From assembly GCA_002104905.1 (NCBI GenBank), contig MCFE01000497.1, positions 2,555 through 66,554 of the forward strand: 64,000 nucleotides of DNA, written 5' to 3'. Both the position numbers and the translations under genes were made by a program. Of the stretch, positions 63,424 to 64,000 are shown piece after piece; positions within the stretch are counted from its first letter, which is position 1, and every line of letters begins with the position of its first letter. This DNA is from Basidiobolus meristosporus CBS 931.73 (lineage: Eukaryota > Fungi > Basidiobolomycota). Under the pieces are notes generated by a model. It was not told the DNA's origin. It searched no databases and saw only the letters and a list, made by a program, of their open reading frames with translations.

Positions 63424-63717
63424 TATGTTCATACAAGAAGACATCCACTGAGAGAAATGTGTCTGGAGCATTATGAAGAGTAAATAAAGCAAGGAAAGCA
63501 CTATTCTGAGCAACATAAGTAAGATTGAGTAAAATTACCAGTAACTCTATCATACCACTGGCATCATGGTAGAAATTATAGTGCCAGATAGTGCCGTAGA
63601 GTGCCAGATCAATCCAGCACTATAAACTGGCTGGCACTATGTGGCACTATCCAACGGAACAAGTCTAATCTACTTGTTCTCCTAATCACTTCCAATATCT
63701 CCAAGATTCTTACAACA

Positions 63718-64000
63718 TTAAATTGGCAGTATGGTGGCCTATAGCTGGTTCTGAATAATGCTACTGTACCAATTTACCAAATGGTATTTCCCTTTTCTAC
63801 CTCCCCTTGTGCAATTCATACATTCTACTGTAGCATTACCCCTGTTTATTTGCTTACCCACTACTACCTTGGGTATTCCATATATAGTTTGAATCAAAAA
63901 AAAATATGGCCTCCTGCGTACTAACCTCTGCAAATGTGCACACCTGCCTCAATTGACAAACTTCTATCACCTCAAATTTACAGCTTTGTAGTGTGATACT
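63718..64000 (-). mobile_element. CACTA fragment (continuation of the target of the 55677 copia)
   Basis: Joins 55660-55676 as gatggcaTTATAttggcag; colinear with 6000-6290. Confidence 0.8.

Larger units (their letters stand above)
60310..63666 (+). mobile_element. PHIS/Harbinger-superfamily DNA transposon, copy B (3357 bp)
   Basis: Perfect 11-bp TIR AGACTTGTTCC; TSD AAT (60307-60309 / 63667-63669) confirmed by the empty site cacatAATctac in the sister LTR near 55975. Confidence 0.95.
55677..63717 (+). mobile_element. Full-length decayed copia with a PHIS element inside its 3' LTR
   Basis: 5' LTR 55677-56025; 3' LTR 60011-60309 plus 63670-63717; TSD TTATA/TTAAA; LTRs differ at roughly 20+ sites by eye. 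Confidence 0.93.

Noticed and set aside
1-64000. RIP (CpA>TpA) as the main mutational process
   Set aside because: Copy comparisons are dominated by CpG changes; a few CAG>TAG stops exist but no dense CpA>TpA pattern is visible. A context-resolved spectrum would settle it.
1-64000. CRISPR array, rRNA, tRNA genes, telomeric repeats or prokaryotic operons
   Set aside because: No regularly spaced repeats or recognisable structural-RNA sequence; the tRNA-like strings are retroelement primer sites.

Overview
This is eukaryotic, transposon-saturated DNA with no recognisable host gene, rRNA, tRNA or CRISPR array. An early-diverging fungus or protist is my inference, not shown by the sequence. Five TE families are nested in one another. 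(1) A Ty1/copia family with ~349-bp LTRs and a half-tRNA-iMet PBS: one near-intact copy (7911-12594), two decayed copies and many solo LTRs. (2) A Ty3/gypsy family with one intact copy (49799-54736: identical 368-bp LTRs, single 1377-aa ORF, 4-bp TSD) plus solo LTRs and relics. (3) A ~5.8-kb CMC/CACTA element with C(C/A)CTA termini and divergent transposase and accessory ORFs, present as many broken copies that form the backbone. (4) A ~3.4-kb PHIS (Harbinger-superfamily) element with AGACTTGTTCC TIRs and ANT TSDs (two young copies, one old). (5) A 1071-bp solo-LTR family whose insertions all sit at (C/G)CGG, including one inserted inverted into itself. CpG decay is pervasive. The main non-TE signal is a ~920-bp island (30814-~31735) inside a CACTA copy. 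It holds a divergent, apparently virus-type fragment of the largest multisubunit RNA polymerase subunit (trigger-loop motif), head-to-head with an intact 169-aa orphan ORF followed by AT-rich repeats. It is a candidate relic of a large DNA virus or virus-like element captured by a transposon. All homology calls come from motif recognition by eye; no searches were run.
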